Positions 49,901 to 57,071 of a stretch of 59,936 nt of DNA are shown here, one piece after another. Under the pieces are notes generated by a model. It searched no databases. It was not told the origin of the DNA and saw nothing but the letters and a program-made list of their open reading frames with translations. The stretch covers positions 1 to 59,936 of the forward strand of contig JAPDJO010000034.1 of assembly GCA_029259115.1 (NCBI GenBank). Reading direction: 5' to 3'. The position numbers and the translations under genes were made by a program. The stretch is from Thermoplasmatota archaeon. GTDB lineage: Archaea; Thermoplasmatota; E2; DHVEG-1; B18-G2. Position 1 is the first letter of the stretch. Each line of letters begins with the position of its first letter.

Positions 49901-50462
49901 ATACCTTTCCAAAGTTCGAGCTTCCAAAACTAGTTACAGTAAAATTCGTTGTTTTTTCACTTGAGATTGCAGATAAAGTACTAAATGATGTTAGCACATC
50001 ACCTATATAGCCTTTTATGTCTATCTTGGCATGAGGGTTTTTTACCTTTATAATCAATCTTGAGAAATTCCTTTTTCCTTCAAAGAGGGCAATCTTTCTG
50101 TTTTCCGAGCTGGGCAGAGATAGAGGAAGGTCTCTAAGTCTACTAATTAAGTTGCTTATTTTAATTTTTGATAAATTATCTTTAATGTTTTTATTTAGAT
50201 AAGGTATAAACTTAAAAATATCTTCTATAGAGAACCTCCCTAGACCAATTTTCTGTAAATCGTCAGGCTTTATATCAACAGATATTGCGTTTCTGATCAT
50301 CATGTCATTTAGGAAGGAAATCTCACTATTCCGAAGGTCTAGATCAATATCTTTTATACCCTTGGCTTTGCCTTCGATTGCTATGCTTGACCCAACTCCA
50401 GCTAAGCTGGATAGAGTGATTGCCAGAAATAGCATGATACTTACCAATCTATTTTTTCTCAT
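43980..50462 (-). CDS. Giant secreted S8 subtilase with beta-helix (NosD-like), PKD and Ig-like domains
   Basis: Triad IVDSGID / HGTWCAG / GTSASAP; AAAGN; GGNYWSDY; WDFGDG. Confidence 0.92.
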   Translation of the reverse strand: MRKNRLVSIMLFLAITLSSLAGVGSSIAIEGKAKGIKDIDLDLRNSEISFLNDMMIRNAISVDIKPDDLQKIGLGRFSIEDIFKFIPYLNKNIKDNLSKIKISNLISRLRDLPLSLPSSENRKIALFEGKRNFSRLIIKVKNPHAKIDIKGYIGDVLTSFSTLSAISSEKTTNFTVTSFGSSNFGKVFVVSLPSSINLYSIIGLLKDNPNVEYVEPDYQFRLFSYPVYPNDPMFSEQWYLNNSSDHDIDAPEAWRTTTGSDNIIVAIVDSGIDYTHEDLSANVWINSGEIPDNGIDDDHNGYIDDVMGWNFVLDNNNVTDNLGHGTWCAGMVGAIGNNSKGIAGLNWHCKIMPVKCFDYLPVSFASILAKGIIYAADNGADVIILSWGAPVDSKLIKDAISYAETKGTIVVAAAGNFGNRLKIYPAAYPSVIAVAATDSNDEITSFSNWGEWIDISAPGEGIVSTWTNGGYNYESGTSASAPLVAGTIALMLSEKPDATRDEILTALKSGAEPVTTYGYRYIGIGRLNVNNSLDRLTGIVTSLDKDISGAIVSGVIDIRGSAFGPEFSTYHLYYGKGVYPATWHEFYSSSSQVVNGVLASWNTTSVDDGLYTIKLEVIDNHSKVYTDMIILTVNNVQNVWYVGGSGPSNFTSIQDAILESGDGDVVFVYNGSYNENLILIDRDVDIIGESRDGVEVYGEGMFYISASGVELHGLTLHFPYLDVVLDKVSNVEVSGCKLSKWALVNVFIANSTNVTIKDSIFERYDFSVISIPLDIEKLSQGLYELNISALTDSFDLQSRDTRLKIINNTDAGVICLVCSDKNEIKNNTLSGIFFIDSSSNVVENNSISNGGMFVYNSYNNRVENNSINGKDLIYLEDESGKTIEEGGQVILVNCSDIAVRNLNISNIFVSAVEIFDSINCSVYDTNISYANIGILSIKSRDTTIADSNFTEIGFGVISMAGRDTVIIDNNISGAGIGVAIIDIDDVDLEFNGSSLTVGIEFNEGRNTIIGNSMREMYAAGIVIISPAENNIIDNTITSHSLLVAGIADISISSIYMSIDPNTDLSSKIVFGKGKQTLLNNCVSNVSIGSIVISDSSVEVAEFNADNSSIGIVVLSPESINVISKLMDSFNTNGRVEITFSHHNVSIHDANIKSLPGNEILGTMILSNSAVYVKNNRISGIGDSAGIIDISLDHININFETEVEGKTFEQSVEVEIKSGSADREISKNTMYNVSHGILSISGGDIEVKGNEIMDLHIDGITALSFDILYLEFNSTGVIRTDPDLPLDVKKAYVQANIVGKTSLCKVSDNVLGAIKNFPSCQWSIAAIFSNTIIENNTVYPNEGIGVLSISIENVYTEADLIRDNFKLDISFADPISNSRINNNRVMNTSIGIVTVSNGSVEISDNRIRNIRAIGISYSGIESLHYDFAVSNFTGQANITICGSNKDADISDNRIENVGFSIGNLSSGILIAGGKHVDIENNIILNLSHELPSGIDVYSNGILITNPNIDARWIRNSTEQDIDITVFSESGDHTIRNNLIKNGRACSISLWYSSGNEVYQNRIENVSIGIFIPLTPIPELNISVSPGVDSNNNIIYHNNFINNTAQAIDNWNNIWNLTYPYGGNYWSDYDGEDIYRGVEQNIPGSDNLGDIPYNISGDDNKDFYPLMFEYGKIPPLANFSYTPSNPYNGDTIDFTDESMDIDGDVVTWQWDFGDGNTSNEQNPSHVYSDPGVYMVSLTVIDDKGLSDTFSLNVTVYEKDIEKPTISNVTVDPSIQALGGFVNISCNVEDNVAVQEVKINISYPDGSYQNLSMNKLGSNEYYLNQSYGLLGTYSFTIWAVDTSNNSNVSSEYGFEIIDVTPPTIVDNTPSSATTGDFFTFNATVTNTAEISSVYVEYWYGNGTHLNESMNNIAGNWWTKEITIADTLQSLHYIISAVDSYGNWNRTLEKEVEITDDDKPVISDISITPDVQDVGEYVNISCIVQDNIEVSDVWINLTDPFGHSVEIKMSKIGDMYYTNDTYSILGNYSFTIFANDTSGNLAQSSVFTFRIVEVNMSVKLKKPVEKGLYFNNRYLKLFRPKMTIIIGKITLSAEIEDGIGNVTVYFYINDELKAKIENPPYMWTFNERMFGRKCTIRVVAEDEYGHTAEYSVQARIFNLGIFSK

Positions 50463-50577
50463 TTATTCACACCGTCCTAAAGTTTTTTAATTTTTTATAA
50501 TTATGTTGTATATAAATTTTGTGTCACAAATCTACTTACCTACGACTTTTTATACTTTCAAATTTTACTCATCCCGA

Positions 50578-51681
50578 ATGAAAAAGATCAAAAAATGGCT
50601 CAAAGGGAGCATATATACAGAGCCCCTCTCTTCAGGTTGTAAGCTATGTGCGAAAGGTTCGAAGCTTGTTTTGCTTGTTACCGGCTTATGTCCTGCCTCC
50701 TGCTTTTATTGTCCACTCAGTGAGAAGAAGAAAGGTAAAGACGTTATCTATGCTGACGAATGGAAACTAGAGAATGAGAGAGATACGGATAAAATTTTAA
50801 AGGAGGCAGAACTCATAGAAGCAGAAGGCGCAGGGATAACAGGAGGCGATCCTCTAATTGTATGGAAGAGGACAAGGGACTACATATCGCTCTTGAAGGA
50901 AAATTTTGGGGAAGATTTCCACATACACCTCTACACCTCTGGATTTAAGGAGTTCGAGCATATTCCTGATTTGGTTTCTGCTGGATTGGATGAAATAAGA
51001 TTCCATCCCATGCCGATCTACTGGAAAGATATGGAAAGATCGCCAATAAAGAAGGCTATAGAAATATCCTTGGGAGAAGATGTTGATGTTGCTATTGAGA
51101 TACCTGCCATACCTGGCATGAGAGAAGAGATAGTTGATCTTATAAGATGGAGTGATGAGAGAGGAATAAGATGGATAAATCTCAACGAACTAGAGTTTTC
51201 AGAGACGAATGCTGAAAAATTAATAGAAAGAGGCTTCGATGTTAAAGATGAAATTTCGGCAGCCGTGCTGGGAAGCGAAGAGGAAGCGATATCAATAATA
51301 GAAGAGATGGCAAAAGAAAATCTCTCTTTAGGTATACACTACTGCTCATCCTCTTTCAAGGATGCTATTCAACTTAGGAACAGGATAAAGAGAAGGGCAA
51401 AGAATGTTGCAAAGCCATTCGAAATAATAAGCGATGAAGGTCTTTTGATCAAAGGAGTTATAGAGGTTGAATCTAAATCATTTCTGGATATGCTGAGAAG
51501 AAGATACGAAATACCCGAAGACCTTATTCGTTTCGATCTTGAGAAAAGAAGAGTAGAGATCGCGCCCTGGATATTGGAGGAAATAGCAGATGATCTGGCG
51601 AAAGAAAAGATAAAATGCTACATAGTAGAGGAATATCCCACCGCTGACAGGTTAGAAGTGGAGAGAATTCTGTTATCCTAA
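50578..51681 (+). CDS. Conserved archaeal radical SAM protein
   Basis: [38 protein letters not shown]. Confidence 0.88.
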   Translation: MKKIKKWLKGSIYTEPLSSGCKLCAKGSKLVLLVTGLCPASCFYCPLSEKKKGKDVIYADEWKLENERDTDKILKEAELIEAEGAGITGGDPLIVWKRTRDYISLLKENFGEDFHIHLYTSGFKEFEHIPDLVSAGLDEIRFHPMPIYWKDMERSPIKKAIEISLGEDVDVAIEIPAIPGMREEIVDLIRWSDERGIRWINLNELEFSETNAEKLIERGFDVKDEISAAVLGSEEEAISIIEEMAKENLSLGIHYCSSSFKDAIQLRNRIKRRAKNVAKPFEIISDEGLLIKGVIEVESKSFLDMLRRRYEIPEDLIRFDLEKRRVEIAPWILEEIADDLAKEKIKCYIVEEYPTADRLEVERILLS

Positions 51682-51746
51682 AGATTCTTCTGGAAACCTT
51701 TTTAAACACATCCTCTATTCCACATTCTACCCAAGGAGGCCTAGAT

Positions 51747-52118
51747 ATGCCGATATATGTTAGGTTTGAGGTGCCAAAAGAACTTGAAGACATGGCCTAT
51801 GAGTTGGTAGAGAAGGCTAGAGAGACCGGAAAGATAAGCAAAGGAACAAATGAGACTACGAAACAAGTAGAGAGAGGTCTAGCTAAATTGGTAATAATGG
51901 CCACAGATGTTTCTCCAGAAGAGATTCTAGCTCACATGCCTCTGCTTTGCGAGGAGAAAGGCGTACCCTATACCTATGTCTCTAGCAAAAAAGAACTGGG
52001 TGCAGCAGCTGGCCTAGAGGTAGCTGCGGCATCTGTAGCTATAGTATCTCCAGGCGAAGCAAAAGATGATCTGGAAAACTTTATAAAGAAATTGGAAGAA
52101 GTAAAGAAGCAGGGTTAG
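51747..52118 (+). CDS. rpl7ae: Ribosomal protein L7Ae
   Basis: [26 protein letters not shown]. Confidence 0.97.
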   Translation: MPIYVRFEVPKELEDMAYELVEKARETGKISKGTNETTKQVERGLAKLVIMATDVSPEEILAHMPLLCEEKGVPYTYVSSKKELGAAAGLEVAAASVAIVSPGEAKDDLENFIKKLEEVKKQG

Positions 52119-52119
52119 T

Positions 52120-52329
52120 ATGGTGGAAGGAACACCCTGTGAGGTTGTTGAAATAATAGGAAGAACGGGAATGGCTGGAGAGGCTACACAAGTTAAGGTT
52201 AGAGTACTTGAGGGCAATGATAAAGGGAAGATAATAACCAGAAATGTTAGAGGTCCTGTCCAGATAGGAGATATACTAATGCTTGCAGAAACTCAGAGAG
52301 AGGCAAAGAAACTCGGTAGATCGAGGTAG
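52120..52329 (+). CDS. rps28e: Ribosomal protein S28e
   Basis: [27 protein letters not shown]. Confidence 0.97.
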   Translation: MVEGTPCEVVEIIGRTGMAGEATQVKVRVLEGNDKGKIITRNVRGPVQIGDILMLAETQREAKKLGRSR

Positions 52330-52334
52330 AGATT

Positions 52335-52517
52335 ATGGTGGAGAGAAGGATATGTTCATTTTGTGGAAATGAGATAGAGCCCGGAACAGGAAAGCTCTAC
52401 ATTAGAAAAGACGGAACCATATACCACTTCTGCTCGAGTAAGTGCCAAAAAAATCTTTTAAAACTTAAAAGAGTTCCAAGAAAGGTAAGGTGGACAAGAT
52501 ATTACAAAAAGGTATAG
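52335..52517 (+). CDS. rpl24e: Ribosomal protein L24e
   Basis: CSFCG.EIEPGTG, FCSSKC, PRKVRWT. Confidence 0.97.
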   Translation: MVERRICSFCGNEIEPGTGKLYIRKDGTIYHFCSSKCQKNLLKLKRVPRKVRWTRYYKKV

Positions 52518-52520
52518 GTT

Positions 52521-53774
52521 ATGCAGATAAAACTACCTTATGGAGAAAAAGAGGTAGTTTTTGATATCCCAGATAGGAATTTACTTGATATTATCCTACC
52601 AAAAGAGTACATAGCTCCAGCAAGACCAGAGAGTATAATGAGGAACGCTATCATGAATCCCATAGGAGGGGAAAGACTATCTGAGATGGCAAGAGAGGGA
52701 GATACCGTATCTATAGTGGTTGAGGATCACACCAGACCATGTCCTACTCCCGAGATATTACAGTTAGTCCTTGATGAATTGAGCAGAGCAGGCGTAAGTG
52801 ATTCAGATATTGTCATCATAGTTGGAAATGGTATGCATGTGCCTCCAGATTTTGAAACCATAAGAAGGATAGTTGGAGACAAGGTTACGAGAAATTACAG
52901 GGTTATAACCAATGATGTGTTTTCTGGAGAGTACATTATGGTTGGAAAGACGAGATATGGAAACGAGGTAGAGGTGTTAAAAGAATATGCGGAAAGAGAT
53001 CTCAAGATCGTTACTGGAATTATAGGTTATCATTATTTTGCAGGATACGACGGGACAAGAAGAAGCATACTTCCAGGCATCTCATCCATGAAAACTATCC
53101 AATTCAATCATAGAATGATGTTCAACGAAAATGCAAAAGCTGGAGAGTTGAAAAATAATCCGGTTCATCATGATATGAATGATGCGATGCATCTCGCTGG
53201 TTGTGACTTTGCGTTCAATGTTGTTTTGAACTCTAACAGGAAAGTCGTGGGAGCATGGGCTGGGAATCCCGATTCGGTTCTTTCTGCAGGTACAAAGGTA
53301 GTTGACGAGATGTACAAGATAAAAGTGGAAGAGAAGACGGATATAGTTATAACTTCAGCGAGCGGTTATCCACATGATATCGATCTGTTTCAGGCATGTA
53401 AAGCGATGCATATGGCAATGCCTGTCGTAGAGAAAGGTGGGGTCATAATCTTGGTTGGAGAGTGCAGAAATGGACATGGTAACGAGGTATACTATGAATG
53501 GATGAGGAAATATTCTAGCTCGGAAGAGGTAAAAAAGGCTCTTATGGAGAGATTTATAGCAGGAGCCCACAAGGCGTATTACCATTTCAAAGCCATAGAA
53601 GATTTCAACGTGATCCTAGTATCGGATATGGATGAAAAGGAGGTAAAGGAGGTATTCAGGATGAATCCGGAGAAGAGTCTGGAGAATGCTCTAAACAGAG
53701 CGTTTGATATGGTTGGTAAAGATGCAAGAGTAAGAGTTATACCTTATGGAACAAATACACTACTAACTCTGTAG
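52521..53774 (+). CDS. LarA-family nickel-pincer enzyme (lactate racemase homologue)
   Basis: EDHTRP, GMH, HYFAGY, SILPG, FNH, GYPHDIDLFQACK. Confidence 0.88.
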   Translation: MQIKLPYGEKEVVFDIPDRNLLDIILPKEYIAPARPESIMRNAIMNPIGGERLSEMAREGDTVSIVVEDHTRPCPTPEILQLVLDELSRAGVSDSDIVIIVGNGMHVPPDFETIRRIVGDKVTRNYRVITNDVFSGEYIMVGKTRYGNEVEVLKEYAERDLKIVTGIIGYHYFAGYDGTRRSILPGISSMKTIQFNHRMMFNENAKAGELKNNPVHHDMNDAMHLAGCDFAFNVVLNSNRKVVGAWAGNPDSVLSAGTKVVDEMYKIKVEEKTDIVITSASGYPHDIDLFQACKAMHMAMPVVEKGGVIILVGECRNGHGNEVYYEWMRKYSSSEEVKKALMERFIAGAHKAYYHFKAIEDFNVILVSDMDEKEVKEVFRMNPEKSLENALNRAFDMVGKDARVRVIPYGTNTLLTL

Positions 53775-53784
53775 GAGGGATACA

Positions 53785-54279
53785 ATGGAGATGAAGATTG
53801 TTGATATAGAAAAGCCGGATGATATCAACTTTATTTTGGGTCAGACCCATTTCATCAAAAGCATAGAAGATATCTATGAAGCGATAGTCAACTCGAATCC
53901 AAACGCAAAGTTTGGTATAGCATTCTGTGAGGCAAGTGGAGCAAGAAAGGTAAGAGTAGAAGGAAATGATGAAGAGATGAAAGAACTTGCTAAAAAGAAT
54001 GCATTGAACATAGGGGCGGGACATTCCTTTATAGTCTTTATGAAAGATTGCTATCCGATAAACATCCTCAATGCTATAAAGAATGTTCCAGAGGTATGCA
54101 GGATATTCTGTGCAACGGCAAACCCGACGAGGGTAATTTTACTGGAAGATGAGAATCGTGGAGAGAGGGGAAGAGCTATTCTAGGTGTGATAGACGGTTT
54201 TACTCCTGTTGGAGTTGAAAATGAAAACGATATAAAGTGGAGAAAGGATTTCCTGAGAAAGATAGGTTATAAGCTCTAA
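53785..54279 (+). CDS. Adenosine-specific kinase family (DUF355)
   Basis: GQTHFIK, FCEASG, GAGHSF, CATANP, GVIDGF, GYKL. Confidence 0.9.
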   Translation: MEMKIVDIEKPDDINFILGQTHFIKSIEDIYEAIVNSNPNAKFGIAFCEASGARKVRVEGNDEEMKELAKKNALNIGAGHSFIVFMKDCYPINILNAIKNVPEVCRIFCATANPTRVILLEDENRGERGRAILGVIDGFTPVGVENENDIKWRKDFLRKIGYKL

Positions 54280-55121
54280 TGAAGATGGATGTAATTCTGG
54301 ATAATCACATGCATCTCAGGAGAGATGGCAGATTTTTAGATGCGGTCAGAGAGTTCAAAAGGTATGGAGGAACGCATCTCATCTTATGTCAGTATCCTAT
54401 GCCAGAGATAGTAGCCAAAGAAAAGAGTTATATCAAGATATACGAAGAGACTGTTAAAATGGCTAGAGAGGTGATGGAGAAAATCGATGTCAAGGTTTTC
54501 GTTACTATAGGTCCGTATCCTGTTGATTACCTTTACCTTAGAGAGAGGTTTGGTAGAGAAGAGGCAAAGAAGATAATGAAAAGAGGTATGGAAGAGGCTG
54601 CTCAACTCTACTCAGAAGAGGATATATGCGTAGGTATAGGGGAGATCGGAAGACCGCATTTTGAAGTTGATGATACAACACTCCAAGATTCCAACGAAAT
54701 AATGGTTTATGGCTTTGAATGTGCAAAGGATCATGATCTTCCTGTAATTTTGCACACCGAAAAAGCAACGCCTGATCTATGCAAAGAACTGGCAGAACTT
54801 GCAGATAAGGTCGGATTACCTAGAGAAAAGGTGGTGAAGCATTTCTCTCCACCGCTAATAAGAAGCGATGAAAATCATGGCTTAACTCCATCTGTGCTAT
54901 CAACATGGAGAAACTTAAAGGAAGCTGTAGGCAAGGGCGATAGATTTCTTATGGAAACAGACTATATAGATGATCCAAAGAGGCCAGGCGCCGTTCTGAG
55001 TCTTAGAACCATACCAAGATACACAAAAAGGCTTTTAGATGAGAATCTTGTGGATGAAGATACGTTATACAAAATCCATAAGGAACTGCCAGAAAAGATA
55101 TACGGTATAGAGATCAACTAA
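54279..55121 (+). CDS. TatD-related metal-dependent hydrolase
   Basis: [29 protein letters not shown]. Confidence 0.87.
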   Translation: MKMDVILDNHMHLRRDGRFLDAVREFKRYGGTHLILCQYPMPEIVAKEKSYIKIYEETVKMAREVMEKIDVKVFVTIGPYPVDYLYLRERFGREEAKKIMKRGMEEAAQLYSEEDICVGIGEIGRPHFEVDDTTLQDSNEIMVYGFECAKDHDLPVILHTEKATPDLCKELAELADKVGLPREKVVKHFSPPLIRSDENHGLTPSVLSTWRNLKEAVGKGDRFLMETDYIDDPKRPGAVLSLRTIPRYTKRLLDENLVDEDTLYKIHKELPEKIYGIEIN

Positions 55122-55758
55122 AGCCATATTTTCCTATGAGAGGAACAAATGCGCATCCACAGATCTCTTTCCTCTCGAGTCTTTTTCCTTTCTTTATGCC
55201 TTTTATCAGGACAGAGAATGTTCTCCCCACAGGTATGAGAATTATCCCGCCTTCCTTGAGCTGTTCAATCAGGGGCTCAGGAATATCTGGGGCTGAGCAT
55301 GTTACGAGTATCCGATCATAAGGTGCATACTCTGGTAAACCAAGAGAACCATCACCTTCGATAACTTCAACATTTTTGATTCCCGCCTTTTCGAGATTCT
55401 TTCTTGCAAACTCAGCAAGTTCTGCTATTCTTTCAATGCTGTAGACCTTTCCTTCTTCACCTATTATTTTAGATATAACAGCAGCATGGTATCCAGATCC
55501 AGCTCCAATCTCTAAAATCTTTAATCCTTTTTTAAGTTCAAGCTCTTCACACATCATAGCAACCATATGGGGAGCAGATATGGTCTGACCAAAACCTATC
55601 TCGAGAGGGGTATCGTCATAGGCGTATCTTCTAACACTGGGAGGAACAAAATCTTCTCTCTTTACGCTGAGCATGGCGTCTTCCACTTCTTTACTCCTTA
55701 TGTACCCATATCTTTTCAATCTCTCTACAAGCCTGATCTTTTCGTCATGCCTTTCCAT
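55114..55758 (-). CDS. pcm: Protein-L-isoaspartate O-methyltransferase
   Basis: [31 protein letters not shown]. Confidence 0.95.
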   Translation of the reverse strand: MERHDEKIRLVERLKRYGYIRSKEVEDAMLSVKREDFVPPSVRRYAYDDTPLEIGFGQTISAPHMVAMMCEELELKKGLKILEIGAGSGYHAAVISKIIGEEGKVYSIERIAELAEFARKNLEKAGIKNVEVIEGDGSLGLPEYAPYDRILVTCSAPDIPEPLIEQLKEGGIILIPVGRTFSVLIKGIKKGKRLERKEICGCAFVPLIGKYGFS

Positions 55759-56953
55759 ACAACTCAACATCCCTCTCAGCAGCAGCAAGTAGCATATCCC
55801 TAATACCTGGAACGGCAGACATGGCTCTGAACCAGTTTGGTATTTGACTACCTGCTGGTTTTTTGATGTACCTCTCTCCAGCTACCATTATCACCTCTGC
55901 AAACTTCTCTACGGTAGATTCCTCTTTATGTCTGTTATAATCGAGATCGTTGAACCTTGCCAGAGAGAAGTATTTTTTGATATAATCTCTAGCTATCCTC
56001 CTGTAGATCACCTTTACAGATCTCAAAAATGAAGGTGTAACATCAATGTGCGCTTCTTCAGTTAGGTATCTAAGAAGGGTTCGCAATATGTCTCCCGACA
56101 TCTTTACCAATCCTCTATTTAAATCCCCAATATGCTGATGCTTATGGTCATACTTCCCTAGATCTGTCTGGCAGATGTGTTTTATAGATACACCTCTATA
56201 AACCTCTGCTAGCAGACCTATCTCAAGACCCCAGTCTGCAGGAATCCCAACATCCAGGGCAACATCGCTCTTTATCGCAAACTCTCCTGAAAGAGGGTAT
56301 CTGAAGGATCTTAGATAGTTCAAGAAGGTTATTCTTTCCCCCATCTTTTCAACGAAAGCTTCAAGGAGAGGTTGAACAAATAATCTCGTTACTCTTCCAT
56401 ATAGAGTATTTGCCCCTATCCTCGCATAATAGCCTTTGTTAAAGACAAAATCCATGGATGGCTCTACCAAGGGATACAACAACTTTGCTGGGAGGGATTC
56501 ATCATATGTTATAATATCTGCGTCATGCACCGCTATGGCGTGGGATCTTATAGTTGCTATCCCGAGCGCTATCCAGACATCCTTACCTTTACCTTTGTAT
56601 CTTGTCACATCCAATCCTTCTTCTTTCAGTTCAAGTAGAGCCTTTCTGATAGAAGGACCGTTACACCATATAACAATATGAGAGAGTTTCAATTGCGAAA
56701 ACACCCGCAATGCCTCTCTATACTCTTTTTCGTTGTCGGCTGCAAGGGCTATGAAAATGTCTGTTACATATTTGCATTCATTCAGCTTATCTATTATCTT
56801 TCTTATCGTTTTTCTTTTGAGATCGGAATATATGATAGGTACAACTATGGAGACAGGATATATGGAGGAAAACTCTTCCATCTTTTTGATGAGCTTCTTC
56901 TTATTAACCTGTAAATCGTGTAAGGTTGTGACATATTCCTGCCTAAAATCCAT
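55745..56953 (-). CDS. gpgS: Glucosyl-3-phosphoglycerate synthase (long type)
   Basis: [43 protein letters not shown]. Confidence 0.82.
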   Translation of the reverse strand: MDFRQEYVTTLHDLQVNKKKLIKKMEEFSSIYPVSIVVPIIYSDLKRKTIRKIIDKLNECKYVTDIFIALAADNEKEYREALRVFSQLKLSHIVIWCNGPSIRKALLELKEEGLDVTRYKGKGKDVWIALGIATIRSHAIAVHDADIITYDESLPAKLLYPLVEPSMDFVFNKGYYARIGANTLYGRVTRLFVQPLLEAFVEKMGERITFLNYLRSFRYPLSGEFAIKSDVALDVGIPADWGLEIGLLAEVYRGVSIKHICQTDLGKYDHKHQHIGDLNRGLVKMSGDILRTLLRYLTEEAHIDVTPSFLRSVKVIYRRIARDYIKKYFSLARFNDLDYNRHKEESTVEKFAEVIMVAGERYIKKPAGSQIPNWFRAMSAVPGIRDMLLAAAERDVELYGKA

Positions 56954-57071
56954 CTTATCCCCTCTTATTAAAAAGGGGAAACTTTTTAATATGTATCGGT
57001 GGTTGGCTCGTTGTCATCCATATCTTTTTAATACAACTCCATATTACTATCTGGCTTCACGGTGATGGAAG

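Noticed and set aside
51682-51746. K-turn autoregulatory leader of rpl7ae
   Set aside because: No box C/D-like TGATGA/CTGA pair is visible upstream.
56958-56979. Hairpin TCCCCT/AGGGGA over the gpgS SD
   Set aside because: Only a 6-bp stem; insufficient evidence for regulation.
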